A DNA stretch of 64,000 bases. Source: Paramoeba atlantica (Eukaryota > Protista > Discosea). The notes below the pieces were generated by a model that saw only the letters and a list, made by a program, of their open reading frames with translations, ran no database searches and was not told the DNA's origin. The stretch spans positions 62,001-126,000 of the forward strand of contig CDRNVI010000185.1 of assembly GCA_977017575.1 (NCBI GenBank). Direction: 5' to 3'. This document shows, in pieces, positions 44,848 through 56,392 of this stretch. Positions within the stretch are counted from its first letter, which is position 1. Each line of letters begins with the position of its first letter. The position numbers were made by a program, and so were the translations under genes.

Positions 44848-45699
44848 ATGGCATTATTCCTTTCCGCCCTTCCGGTTCAGTCACTGGAGGTGTCGAGTAG
44901 TTCCTCCAACGTAACACAAACGGACACGCTACTTCACGAGTTAACCCTTTTAAAAAAATTTATCTCCCAAGTCGCGACGCCCCATCTCTCGTGGAAAACA
45001 CCCGAGAGCGCGAGTGTGTGTTCCCAATGGGCAGGGGTCTCGTGTGACGCCTCCGGTTTCGTGACCCGGTTATCCTGGAGCGGGTTAAAACTCACGGGGA
45101 ACCTTTCCTGGTCGTATTTACCCTCCCGCGTTACAGAACTCTACATGTGGAAGAATGCCCTCCGAGGGTCGATTACTCTCCCACCCACCAACACGGTTTT
45201 ACGAGAAGTAAATCTGAAATTGAATGAATTTACTGGACCGCTGGATCTTACAGCGCTTCCGGAATCCTTAGAAGTGTTATCCGTACGACGAAATGCGCTA
45301 AGTGGAAATTGTGATTTGCATTTTCTACCCCCAGAAATGCGTTCACTGGCGCTTAGTCATAATCAGTTCCAGTCAGGGATTTATTTGAACCTCCTGCCCC
45401 CGGTGTTGTCGTTTTTGTATGTAGACAACAACGAGCTCGGCACCACGGTGTGTTTGACACAGTTACCCGAGAGGTTGACGAATTTACATTTGCAACAGAA
45501 TTATTTGATCGGCGTGGCTGACTTGCGGCGGCTGCCACGCTCACTTACTAGCACACATTTGGAGAATAATTGTTTCCATGCTGTAGAGTATGAAAAGACA
45601 GGAGCAAAAAAGAAACTGGACGACGCGATTGTGTTTAATCCACAGCGCTCAGGGATTATATTGCATTCTGGCAGAAGCGATAGCTGTACAGTGTGCTAA
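44848..45699 (+). CDS. LRR protein, ends CTVC
   Basis: CSQWAGVSC cap, about seven LRRs. Confidence 0.9.
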   Translation: MALFLSALPVQSLEVSSSSSNVTQTDTLLHELTLLKKFISQVATPHLSWKTPESASVCSQWAGVSCDASGFVTRLSWSGLKLTGNLSWSYLPSRVTELYMWKNALRGSITLPPTNTVLREVNLKLNEFTGPLDLTALPESLEVLSVRRNALSGNCDLHFLPPEMRSLALSHNQFQSGIYLNLLPPVLSFLYVDNNELGTTVCLTQLPERLTNLHLQQNYLIGVADLRRLPRSLTSTHLENNCFHAVEYEKTGAKKKLDDAIVFNPQRSGIILHSGRSDSCTVC

Positions 45700-46590
45700 G
45701 GGAGTTGTGGTGCCGTTTGTTAGCCACTGAAACATGTAAGTAATGTTAGTGCAGGAATCTGTGACCGAAGCATTTTTTGTATGAAATGTACACGAAGTAC
45801 AGTTCTCTGTTGTGCGGGAGCTCGCAAAGAAAGATTGGTACGTGATCTCAAGAGTGTCCAGCTCAAGAAAGAAAAGTGGAACACTGCGGGATACTTCATC
45901 TCTTACGTTGAAGCAGCAAAATGAGCTTTCATTTTAAATGATGGAGAAAAAAGTTCGGGTAGGACCCAATGAAAATGTATCTAAAAAAAAAATCTAAAAA
46001 ATCTTTCCCTTTTCTTTGAGCGTGAAAATTTGCATTAGCCCAGTAAAGCACGAACGAAATTGATTCTACAACGAAAATCGAGGGTGCTGCATTCATTGAA
46101 CCCTTTTGATGGTAATTGAATTATTGACGTTTAGACTGGAAAGTTGACGTGCACTACATGAGTTAAATTCATGTACTGCACGTCAACATTCCAGTCTAAA
46201 ATGTTCGTTCGCGAGACAAAGTGATAGAAGTGCCTTTACTATTTTTCCGAAGGAAGAAGGGAAGACCAAGATTTCCCTACAGACCTTGATATGGATTATG
46301 CCACGATTCTAGAAAGAAATTCATGTAAGTTTAGCTGTGGTTTTCTTTTCGTGGGTTTCATCACTATAAGACGACATTTTGGTGTAGGGTGTCCCGCAGA
46401 GATTCGACATTATTATTATACAAGTCAATACATGTATATGTAAATATACAGTCGAGGCTTGTCCGAGTCTTAAGAACCACCTCTAAGTTTTCTACTCAGA
46501 AGATATGAGTTAGATTAATATCCCACTCAGTCCGATGCTGTTCTTCTTTGCTTGTACATAAACTACTTACGCGTATGCACAGTACAACCC

Positions 46591-47757
46591 ATGAGTCATG
46601 CACGAAACTCAAATGAACCGCCGTCATGGCTGCTCCAAGCGATATGCCGCTCATCCCCTTCGGTTTACCGACATCGACATCGTATCCAAAAAGAATCTAC
46701 GCAAAACGAGGAAAAGCAACACTCTTCGAATACATTTCCTCCGCAGAGCAGTGTGAGTGTCCGCGTAGGTGTTGCCTTGTGCAAGGCATACAACCACAGT
46801 CTCCCCATAAGCCGAAAAGGTTTAAGAAAACGAAAACGAAATGCTCTCTTGTCCGGCGGCTCACGTCGTCGGTTAGGAAAAACTGCACATCGAAGGAACT
46901 CATCGCGAGGAAACGCAATGTATCGTTTGCGACGATATTTAGAAGTGAATAATTCTCGTTCCCTCGCCCCGACTACAAACTACAAGATCGATGAACGCGC
47001 AGTTGTTACCCTTGACGGAGTTGCTATCGGGAGTACTGGAGAAAGAGACATGAAGACACAAGGAACCAATCCATATTTACAAAAAAGTAGCCGAAAAGAT
47101 CTGCTGTTATCGTATCTTACGCCTTCGTGGGCCGCGCGTCAATCAAAATATACAAAAATGGCAAAACCTTTGTATCCTTCCGAGCATGTCATACATGAAC
47201 GCACAGACATGCACACAGCTTTATTCCGTTCTTTCGTACAATATTTTGCGTCAAAGCGCTATCCAGGCGAAGTTTCGGCTGGTTCGATACTTTCCCACCC
47301 AAGCATTGTGTTATCGGGTGCTCTTATTCAGTCAAAACACATTTTCCCAGGATGGGGTATTGTTTTGCAAGACACTGAGCTTCACTTACGGGTCGAATCC
47401 TGCTGGTTGGACAAAAATGTTAACACGAGAGTTACCGGTATAAACAAAAAGTTTGATTTTCATAAAAGAACTTTAGCAAAAAATCGAGCCAGACGAAATA
47501 CTCTCGACAACGAGGGCTCAAATAAAAGAATGGAACAATATCAAATTGACAAGTTGAATTTTACACCAGTAACCCTTTTAGTCCCAAGTGCTGGCTTTGC
47601 AGAACGCATAGTAAATGCCTCAGATGAAACTTTGCTCATTCGTGAGTTGAACATTCCTCTGTTTGGTACTCTTCACGCGGAGCCGCCCAGCGATTGGGAA
47701 TACGTCACATGGACGGAATATGAACCATGGAAGTATCCACTTCTGCGTCCTGCGTAA
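46591..47757 (+). CDS. Hypothetical protein with a basic N-terminal region
   Basis: Long ORF (open from 46552, first ATG at 46591); no family recognised. Confidence 0.6.
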   Translation: MSHARNSNEPPSWLLQAICRSSPSVYRHRHRIQKESTQNEEKQHSSNTFPPQSSVSVRVGVALCKAYNHSLPISRKGLRKRKRNALLSGGSRRRLGKTAHRRNSSRGNAMYRLRRYLEVNNSRSLAPTTNYKIDERAVVTLDGVAIGSTGERDMKTQGTNPYLQKSSRKDLLLSYLTPSWAARQSKYTKMAKPLYPSEHVIHERTDMHTALFRSFVQYFASKRYPGEVSAGSILSHPSIVLSGALIQSKHIFPGWGIVLQDTELHLRVESCWLDKNVNTRVTGINKKFDFHKRTLAKNRARRNTLDNEGSNKRMEQYQIDKLNFTPVTLLVPSAGFAERIVNASDETLLIRELNIPLFGTLHAEPPSDWEYVTWTEYEPWKYPLLRPA

Positions 47758-48044
47758 TGGAACAAAGTAAAGTTTTTACAGAAACGCCTTTAATCGAAAA
47801 CAATTTATTGGTTGATCGCGTACATCGACCTCTTTCTAACACACAAAATGCTATTCGAGCGTTCCGTCAACTTATTCGTGATGCCCACCATAACTTTTTC
47901 GACATTGTTACTTCAACTGTCATTCAAGCTGCAAGCGATCTTCCGTTCAATCTTGTTGCCTACTACCTCGCAAAGCACACATTAAACCAAGCTCGGGGGT
48001 TACAAGGCATCGAAGTATCGAAAAATGGACAGTGCAGGTCGTGA
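47757..48044 (+). CDS. Hypothetical 95-aa protein overlapping the upstream stop (TAATG)
   Basis: ATG at 47757-47759 shares a base with TAA at 47755-47757. Confidence 0.35.
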   Translation: MEQSKVFTETPLIENNLLVDRVHRPLSNTQNAIRAFRQLIRDAHHNFFDIVTSTVIQAASDLPFNLVAYYLAKHTLNQARGLQGIEVSKNGQCRS

Positions 48045-49512
48045 AACTCTTACATGACGAACTCTTACATAATCGTATTCGTCGTTACATGTCGATTGTA
48101 TTCGTCGTTGCATGATTGTTGTCGTTGAACTCTTACATGATTGTATTCGTAATCTGGGTCGGTATACGACAGAATTTCGATTCAAAAGCGAACCGTATTT
48201 TGAGTAGAGTGTATGACGTATTTGATATGCCCCAAGAACAACACCACACAGTGGAGGGGTGATTGCGGAAGCGAGGCAACTAAAGACCTTTTTATTGGTT
48301 TTGTGATAGAAGAACGAAATTTGTAGCCAGTCTTCCAACAAACTACTAGCACTTCTAGTTACTATGGTGCTAAAAAATAAGGGAGTTAGTGCTGTCTGAA
48401 AGATGGTAGTGCTAGTTAAGACCGCGAGGAGGTCTCAACCAAACTTCCTTATGCTGAGTGTGTCAGGCTTCATTGAGACGCGTTTTACAGAGCAAGCGTA
48501 CTTACAGAGCTCTTACAGAGAAAGCATGCTTTGTGTCCGAATCGGAAAGCTCACGGTCTAACACTCTTTGACACATCATTTCCGATAGTAGAGCTTTGCC
48601 AACAGGTGTTCCAAAGTAATTCAGCTCGGGTATTGTGGCGCGTAGGAGTCTGTAGGAGTCCATCGTAGTGCGGTAGTATACTCAGTACGTGGTTGTTCCC
48701 ATGGGAGTGAAGTGGAAAGTAGCTTCTGTAATGGCTGTTCAACTTGACGTACAATATGTAGTACATTACTATTTCGGTGTGATAATACTGTCCCCTCTTT
48801 ATTTAATAGTCCGCCGATTTTGGACATTTGAACTCTTAAGTGGGGAGTCAGAATTTTCGGGACTCTCAAGTAGGCTGGTGAATATTTTTTCATGGATCTG
48901 GAAATAACGCCAGCGTTTCAACATGGCCATTCCATGTTTATTTCTCTGTATGTTTCCTAAAGTTGTTGGGCGCGCTGGGGAGGCTGGCGTCGGGGGTGGC
49001 TGGGTGAGGGGCTGGGCGGGAGGGGGTGGTAAGGGAGGCTTGGCGTCGTGGGTAGCTGGACGGGTTGGGTGGTGGTGACTCAAACGAGAACATTTACTCA
49101 TGAGTAGAAAAGACATTAGACTAATAATATACCCTGGACGGTAATAGGTGGTATTTACCACATGCGTGGTAATAGGTGTAATTACCACTTTTCTATTACC
49201 CAATTACTGTGACAGAACGTGGGGTGAAATTTACATTCAGGAAAAAACCATATGTTTACAGAAACATTTACTTTGAAGGAAACTGGACGGTGCCAACGTC
49301 TTCCCACCACTTGCACACCGAGGTATGCAACAAAGTTTCCAGTGAAAAACTCCACTCTTCCTCTGTAATGTGAAAAAGAGGTTGACTGCTTTGAACAAGA
49401 TCGTTAACAACTTCGACAGTGATAATTGGCCGTTCTTCCACGCGGATATGTCAACTTGACAATATATGTTTCGGAGAAAAACTCATTACAGTTTCTTCTT
49501 TCAGTAAGATGC

Positions 49513-49895
49513 AGTTTCTGTACCTTGTTGGTACATTTTCCCTAGTTCATCCTTTCTTTTCCCGGAAACCGGCATACTCTTAACCTTTTATGTATGTCCG
49601 TTTCCGGCTGGCGCTAGGACCGGAAACTCATCTTTCCGTTGAAGAGGGGCCGCCGCTTCTCACCCACGTGCAGCGCCGTCAGACGCGCCGAATGCCCCCG
49701 CTGGATGGACGCCGGGGAGAGCCTCTCAACGACGCAGCGTAGCCGAAAGGCTTCTTGCAGCCTCTCAACGACGCCCCCCGCAGTGGAAGTCCAGTGCCCC
49801 CTTCACCCCCCATGCGCTGCAGAACCTCCCTTGAGGACCACGCGGCGTGGCCATAGGCCGAATCCCTGCGTACGACCGGCGTTGAATGCGCTGTA
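49513..49895 (+). mobile_element. SL-RNA-derived unit flanked by agatgc direct repeats
   Basis: agtttctgtaccttgttg|gtacatttt plus hairpin; repeats at 49507-49512 and 49895-49900. Confidence 0.78.
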
Positions 49896-49896
49896 G

Positions 49897-51555
49897 ATGC
49901 CGATTTTAAGCGTATTATACGTGGGACCTCATGAGTATGTTTTGCCTCCCATATATTCACCCAAACATCAGGCCTTTGATGGCAAAACAATGGCCGACAC
50001 TCTAAGGAGTTGCCTTCAAATCAATCTCGGCGACCACAGGGCCGTAAAGCTCACGTACCTTATGGTCGACGGGAGCGCAGTGAACCAAGTTGCGCGACAG
50101 CACGCCGAAGGTCATTTAAGAAAAATTTATGATCGTATTCATCCGGTACCGGAAAGAGATCTCCAGAATTTTCAAGAGCACTTGCTATTGGGATTTCCAG
50201 GAATATCGCTTCTATCATGCATCGGACACATGTTAAACAACGTGTGTAAAACGTCTCTCGAGTCGTACGAGGATACTCCGGTATTCGAATTCAAGAAACA
50301 CTTTGCACGAGCATTTTTCTCTGGGGGTAAAGCAAGTGCTATGAAGGGCAAATACAAAGGTCAAGTACTGGATACTCTTTTGGGGAAATTTGATGAGAAA
50401 GTCGTTATTGCTGAGTCGACTCTCAAACAGTGCTACCGTGGACTCGGCGAAAATTCTCCAACTCGTTACAAGGAAGCTTTAGAGATTAAAATTTGTGAAA
50501 GCTTGACTGCGCTGGAAAAAGTAATCCCGCTCGACTCCTGCTCACTTCTTTGCCGTTTAAAAGCTTCGAACTTAAGCTGGACAGATAAACATAACATCTT
50601 ATTGGAGATCCCGATCATTGTTTCCGCTCTCCGTGACGCAGGGGCACGAAGAGCTGTGTCAACCCCAAAGCTTGGAGGTGTCACGCGGTGGTGTGAAGAC
50701 AAATTTACGTGTATGTCTTTTTTATACACTGATCTGGATTACGTGGCTGCATTCATTTTCAGTGAAATTGCCAAGCGACGTCACGTTAGCGCATCTATTC
50801 GTCGATGTCACCAACTCCTCCTGGAGCATGGTGCGGAAGCCCTGAAGTGCCAAAGCCGAGAATTTCTCGACAAAAGTAATGTACTTCATCTTGCACTCCG
50901 AAAATTTTCTGATATGATGCATAAGCCCATGGCGACGCAAGTTGCGCAAACGTTGGAGTTATATGAGCACGCTTGTTCTGGTGAAGGTCCCGATGGACTT
51001 GACATTGCAATGCGGCACCATATGCGCCGTCTCAACAAAAACCACAACATGGATTTCTGGAAGGACGTTGTGTGGTTTCGTCCTGCGTTCATTCTACAGT
51101 ATGCGCGGCCGTGTGGACTGCAACCGATTTCTCTCGCTCGTGCAAACAACTTGTTTGATGAAAATGCTGGTACACCTAAGGCTCTTCGACCATTATTCAA
51201 TATCTCAGAACAAGAGTGGGAGGAATGGGGATCTTGCGTTGCCTTTCGCTGGAATCCAGAGATTCACGAAGACGAAGATGTTTGGTGGCTAGAAATAGGC
51301 AGCGAGATGTTTCCTGCTATATTTCGAGCTGCTATGCACTACATTTGGACGCCACCTCTGGTTACCAAGTGTGACAGTTGGCTTTCGATTCTATCGTACA
51401 TGTATAATTCTAGGCAAACTCGCACGTCGCCCCAAGTGGTGGCCAACCGGATATTCATTCGCGGCAACCAGGAGAAGCTTGAATATTTGATACCGGGAGG
51501 TGATGAAGAAAGTGATACGGATGAGTCAGTTGACATTACAGACAATGAAGGTTGA
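49897..51555 (+). CDS. hAT-like DDE transposase, probably N-truncated
   Basis: MVDGSAVN, CIGHMLNNV (CxxH), GVTRW and a C-terminal dimerisation-like segment. Confidence 0.75.
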   Translation: MPILSVLYVGPHEYVLPPIYSPKHQAFDGKTMADTLRSCLQINLGDHRAVKLTYLMVDGSAVNQVARQHAEGHLRKIYDRIHPVPERDLQNFQEHLLLGFPGISLLSCIGHMLNNVCKTSLESYEDTPVFEFKKHFARAFFSGGKASAMKGKYKGQVLDTLLGKFDEKVVIAESTLKQCYRGLGENSPTRYKEALEIKICESLTALEKVIPLDSCSLLCRLKASNLSWTDKHNILLEIPIIVSALRDAGARRAVSTPKLGGVTRWCEDKFTCMSFLYTDLDYVAAFIFSEIAKRRHVSASIRRCHQLLLEHGAEALKCQSREFLDKSNVLHLALRKFSDMMHKPMATQVAQTLELYEHACSGEGPDGLDIAMRHHMRRLNKNHNMDFWKDVVWFRPAFILQYARPCGLQPISLARANNLFDENAGTPKALRPLFNISEQEWEEWGSCVAFRWNPEIHEDEDVWWLEIGSEMFPAIFRAAMHYIWTPPLVTKCDSWLSILSYMYNSRQTRTSPQVVANRIFIRGNQEKLEYLIPGGDEESDTDESVDITDNEG

Positions 51556-51986
51556 GCATAACGCTGTGTGTAACATATGAATTGCAAGCTCTACATCTAT
51601 TCTACATCTACACGTATATCGAATAAAATTTACCAATCATCGGGGTTATGTTTTTCACCGGCTATAATCTTTTTTTTCAAAAACAATGTTTTTCAAAAGC
51701 ATATTTCCAGTTCAGCTTTTACATTGGGTTTTTTTTCCATCGTTACATATCGTAGGCCTTGTTTTTCCCCTTCGTTAGCGTAATTTATCTAATTTTGTTT
51801 ACATATGGTTTCTGCTCTGAGCATTAGTTTACGAGAAATATATGAGACAATACGGTATGCTTCTTACGTCATTATGGATAGTTTATTTTATTATATTATA
51901 CTATATTATTCGATAGTTTATTTTATTATACGAATGTACGAATATTTTATCGTTACGATTCCTACCTCCAACCATTCAAAATATTC

Positions 51987-52950
51987 CAGGGTTCGCAGAA
52001 ACTATAAAACTATCAATATAGTACTATATAGTTACTATAAACCTTTTTCGAAAACTATAAAAAACTATATTTTTTTGTTTCACATTTTAGGCACTCCGAA
52101 GCTCACCAACACGCCATAAATACACGGCGAATTCATTTGTGTACGATTTTTCTTATTTTTAAACCCGAAAATTGATGCCCGAAATTAAAGTTACGAGGGG
52201 TAGTTTCTGCAAAGATTATTTTATTGAACTGCTGCACACGGAGGGAAGTAAACAAGCGGTTGAATGTAACTTGTGTCAGGAAGGGACGTACCCCAGTCCC
52301 ATCGCGTGGCCTTGACAGATTGCCTTGTGCGAATCTTGCGTCCCGAACATCTTCTCACTGCATCGCTGTCGCCGCGCGTTGGCTGGAGCCACCGACGTTA
52401 TGTCTTGGGACTGAATAACTGCTGCTCACAATTCTATGAGTTTGAATAAATACAATCATATGAGTCTGAATAAATTACGCGGTGTGTTGTCGAGTGGAGA
52501 GTTTGCACTTCCTTTCACTCGTTTCGCGTGCGTTTCATTGCGAGGGAGGTTCTAAAAGCACCTTTAAACCACCACAAAAATAGGATGATATCTCCCGGTG
52601 TGTAAAGGATTCCGACGTGCCAAAAGAATCTTTAAGGGACATACCCTTCCATTTTTATAGTGGTTTAAAGGTGCTTTTAGAACCTCCCTCGTCTACTTTA
52701 GCTTGGGTTACATTTTTTTCAGAATTTCTTGTCATATCATACGTATGTAAGCGTGTAAGAACGCATGTAGAGGCGTGTGTATGTCCTTCACAAGCGGAGA
52801 GGACTCAAAAAATATCACTTGTAAAGTGAAAAAAACTTTATAGTTTTCTTATAGTTTTATAGTAAAATATAGTAAATATAGTACTATATAGTAACTATAT
52901 TCAATGAAAAAAAACTATATTTTACTATATTATAGTTTCTGCGAACCCTG
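51987..52950. mobile_element. hAT-type MITE with an 8-bp TSD (aaatattc)
   Basis: TIR cagggttcgcagaaactat; TSD at 51979-51986 and 52951-52958. Confidence 0.9.
52541..52691. mobile_element. 151-bp MITE with 32-bp TIRs nested in the hAT MITE
   Basis: cgagggaggttctaaaagcacctttaaaccac and its perfect inverse. Confidence 0.8.
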
Positions 52951-53436
52951 AAATATTCAACAAATTGGCACACCTTGTGCAAAAATTTTTCTTTCTGCAC
53001 AATACTATACATCGTCGTACCCTCTTTATCACTATACCACTTTCCTAACTTCCGCTTTAGATTTCTACGAACTTTAAATTAAATTTCAGATGAGTGCTAT
53101 GTAGATCGACATAATTTTAGAGAAAATATCCTCTTGCATCCAACCGGGTCCCAAATGGCTTCCAATGCTCTTGAGTGCCTTTAAAGTACCTGAGTTCTCC
53201 TGCTTGGTTGATGACTAAAAAATGACGGTTGAGGGAAGTGTAAGTTTCTTGGATGGAAGTATAAGGGGAGTCCTGATTCATTGTCTGGAATGAAAATGTA
53301 GGTATAAAGGGAGGGATCATCCTCTGAAATATAAAAGGGGGTGACAGTACTATCCAAATTCTTCTGGTATGGCAAGATATTTTTCTAGCTCCCGTATTTT
53401 GTGCTCCGGGTAACACCGAGTACCATGCGTACAGTA

Positions 53437-53504
53437 CGCGAGTACGGTACTCGGGTACTCAAGGCCCTAGGTACTCATTTGAGTACCTGAGTACCGTACT
53501 CGCG
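53437..53504. repeat. Palindromic hairpin element
   Basis: cgcgagtacggtactcgggtactcaa / ttgagtacctgagtaccgtactcgcg. Confidence 0.75.
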
Positions 53505-53738
53505 AATGTATGTATATCTGAGCCATTGTTTACTTCACACCAATAAGTGTACGTAATACTACTTACCATTCCACACTGTACGTCTATGGTAGTCCTCTGA
53601 CCCCCCCTTTATTTTCGCGTTTCGGATTCTCATTTCATCCCCCCTTTAATAGAGACGAAGGACGAAATTTTGCCTACATTAAAGGGCGGGTCACAGTTTT
53701 TTTATCAACACACTGAATTTTTTCCATAAAATTTCACT

Positions 53739-54302
53739 ATGTTCCTTAAAGCTGAAGAGACGGATGTTCCCGTGCCTTCATGTTCACGCATAGGAAAGGT
53801 AAGGGGAACTTTTCTTCCTGTGGAATATGAACTCGAAAAGTTTATCAATGATGTTGAAAATCCACATGAGTCATGGAGTACTGCCACACCTGCATGTGAG
53901 TGGGATGGAGTGAAATGCAACGATAAGGGTGATGTGATACGCATTTCTTGGGATGGCCGAAAACTGCGTGGGATATTGCGTTGGGAACATTTGCCGCGGT
54001 TTCTCACGGCCTTGAGTGTCTGTAATAACCAGCTTCGCGGTCCTATCGATTTTTCCTCATTACCAGAAGGCTTGACTCACTTGTGGATAAGTTTGAATGC
54101 CTTTAGTGGGGAACTACATTTCGAACATCTTCCACCAGGGTTAAAAATTCTAAATATATCAAGCTGTCACTTCAGTGGCTTTGTGGACTTTTCGTGTCTT
54201 CAGCGTTCGTTGCTTGCAAAAGGCGGTTCAGGCTTTGACATGAGGAATAATCCCGAACTCAAGGGATCGATTTCTAGACGAGCTGTTCCTAAAGGCGTAT
54301 AG
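53739..54302 (+). CDS. Short LRR protein
   Basis: TPACEWDGVKC cap, about four LRRs. Confidence 0.88.
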   Translation: MFLKAEETDVPVPSCSRIGKVRGTFLPVEYELEKFINDVENPHESWSTATPACEWDGVKCNDKGDVIRISWDGRKLRGILRWEHLPRFLTALSVCNNQLRGPIDFSSLPEGLTHLWISLNAFSGELHFEHLPPGLKILNISSCHFSGFVDFSCLQRSLLAKGGSGFDMRNNPELKGSISRRAVPKGV

Positions 54303-54500
54303 TGGGATATACCCGAGTCATTTTTTACGGACTAAGTGCCTGAATAGTTCTCTGTTGCTCTTACGTTTTCTGTGCACTATTTCTGGAAAGGAAAAGTAAA
54401 CCCGTCATGAGGCGGGAACAAGACGCAATGTCAGTAACTCATGAGAACGGATTTTTTATTAAATCGAGTTCTTTAGGAGCTTTCTTTAGCCTAAAGCATA

Positions 54501-55441
54501 CAGGGGTGCGAATCTAAAGGTGGGGCGGGTCTAAAATTCGTAAAAGTTGTCCAATTTTGGAAAATAATAGCGCATTGGATAGCTCTCACAGAGTTGTATG
54601 TTTTAGGACAGGTAGCTTCCGGGGTTTGGGGGGTACCCCCCTTTCATGTAAGGGTCAAAAACACATATTGCAATACTTTAGTGGTGTCAATAATTTCTGT
54701 AATTTGGATTGCAAAAGACAATTAGTAACCACAGTGCCCCCCGTTCCGACTAGTAACAATTTCACAACGCTTCCTGAAACTCTTCAACGTTTTCTGAACC
54801 GTTGCAGAGTGGGTCTGTTTCAATTTAAGGAAAGACCCCTCAATAGCGGCTTCCAGTTGCTGTCGATTTCGGAGTCGAAGAAGATTTTTGTCTGTGTCCA
54901 TCACAGACCAGAAGATCGCTCCAGCTCTCTACGCCGTAAACAAGGTTATACCCCTCGTCGACAAGCTTAAGAGCCACATCCAGGAACGCAGGGGTAACCA
55001 CCGTCGAAACACGCTCTCGGGATGCCGTTAACACGTCACCCGTAAGGGTAAAACGTTCAACCCAACGTTTTACAGTGTTCTCATGAACACCAAAGTGCTG
55101 TGCCGTAGCGGAGTACGATCCTGTGCGCTCGTATTCCGCCACCAAAAGCATGCGGTGGCTCTCTTTGACGGGGGCGGGGGAAGAATACGATCTATCGCTC
55201 AGTACTCCACGGGAAGTCCTCGAGCGAGCGCGCTTTTGGGGCATTTTCTAGTAAAAAATGTAATTTCTGCAAGGGAAAAAAGCGAAATATGGTATCAAAA
55301 AATATGTACGTTAAAATCGCAGGATTTTAATGCACCTAAAACACACAACTCTGTGAGAGCTATCCAATGCGCTATTATTTTCCAAAATTCGACAACTTTT
55401 ACGAATTTTAGACCCCCCCCACCTTTAGACCCGCACCCCTG
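54501..55441 (-). mobile_element. Tc1/IS630 deletion derivative with ~110-bp TIRs and TA flanks
   Basis: ta|caggggtgcg ... cgcacccctg|ta; HTH fragment TAQHFGVHENTVKRWVERF in ORF 54840-55244. Confidence 0.88.
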
Positions 55442-55668
55442 TATGTTTGCATGAGAATTACTAATCCCTGAGACCGGTCTACTGATCAGAGTCTCAACAT
55501 CAACCACTGCCTGCCGCGAAACGTTTCCATGTATTTTTTACATAAATTATCACAAATTGTATTGTCGTTTTTCAATCCCAAATGTTGTATAAACTCATTC
55601 AAGTTTCTGAAATTGGGCGGATGTGTATATTTTTTGTTATCAATCCACTGAATTCCTAAATTTGGAAT

Positions 55669-56017
55669 ATGTTCCTTAAAAGTGAAGCCACGTATGTTCC
55701 TATGTCTTCAGTTTCACGGATTGAAAAGGTAAGGGGCATACATTTGTCACAAGAATATGAGCTCGCAAAGTTTACAAGAGATGTTGAAAATCCACACGAG
55801 TAATGGAGTACTGCTACACCTGCATGTCAGTGGGATGGAGTGAAATGTAATGACTTGAGTTACATGTATGTTCATTGCTTGGTATGGTCGAAAACTGCGT
55901 GAGATATTGCATTGGGAACATTTACCACGATCCGTAAAACGCCTGAATGTTTGCAACAATGCGCTGAGTGGCACTGTGAATTTTTCTTCATTACCTCGAG
56001 GTTTGGAGAGATTGTTG
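55669..56017 (+). pseudogene. LRR pseudogene truncated by an SL-derived unit
   Basis: Paralog of 53739 with an in-frame TAA (ENPHE*W) and a frameshift. Confidence 0.85.
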
Positions 56018-56392
56018 GTACCATGTTGGCAGAACGTGGTCCCTATTGCATCCTTTCTTTTCCCGGAAACCGGCATACTCTTAACCTTTTATGTCCGTTT
56101 CCGGCTGGCGCTAGGACACGAAACTCATCCTTCCGTTGAAGAGGGGCCGCCGCTTCTCACCCATGTGCAGCGCCGTCAGACGCGCCGAATGCCCCCGCTG
56201 GATGGACGCCGGGGAGAGCCTCTCAACGACGCTGTGCAGCCGAAAGGCTTCTTGCAGCCTCTCAACGACGCCCCCGGCAGTGGAAGTCCAGTGCCCCCTT
56301 CACCCCCCATGCGCTGCAGCACCTCCCTTGAGGACCACGCGGCGGGGCCATAGGCCGAATCCCTGCGTACGACCGGCGTTGAATGCGCTGTA
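56018..56392 (+). mobile_element. Third SL-RNA-derived unit (degenerate 5' end)
   Basis: Near-identical to 49545-49895 and ends at the same nucleotide (gcgctgta). Confidence 0.78.

Noticed and set aside
55868-56353. 161-aa ORF as a real gene
   Set aside because: Chimera of an LRR pseudogene frame and the SL-derived unit.
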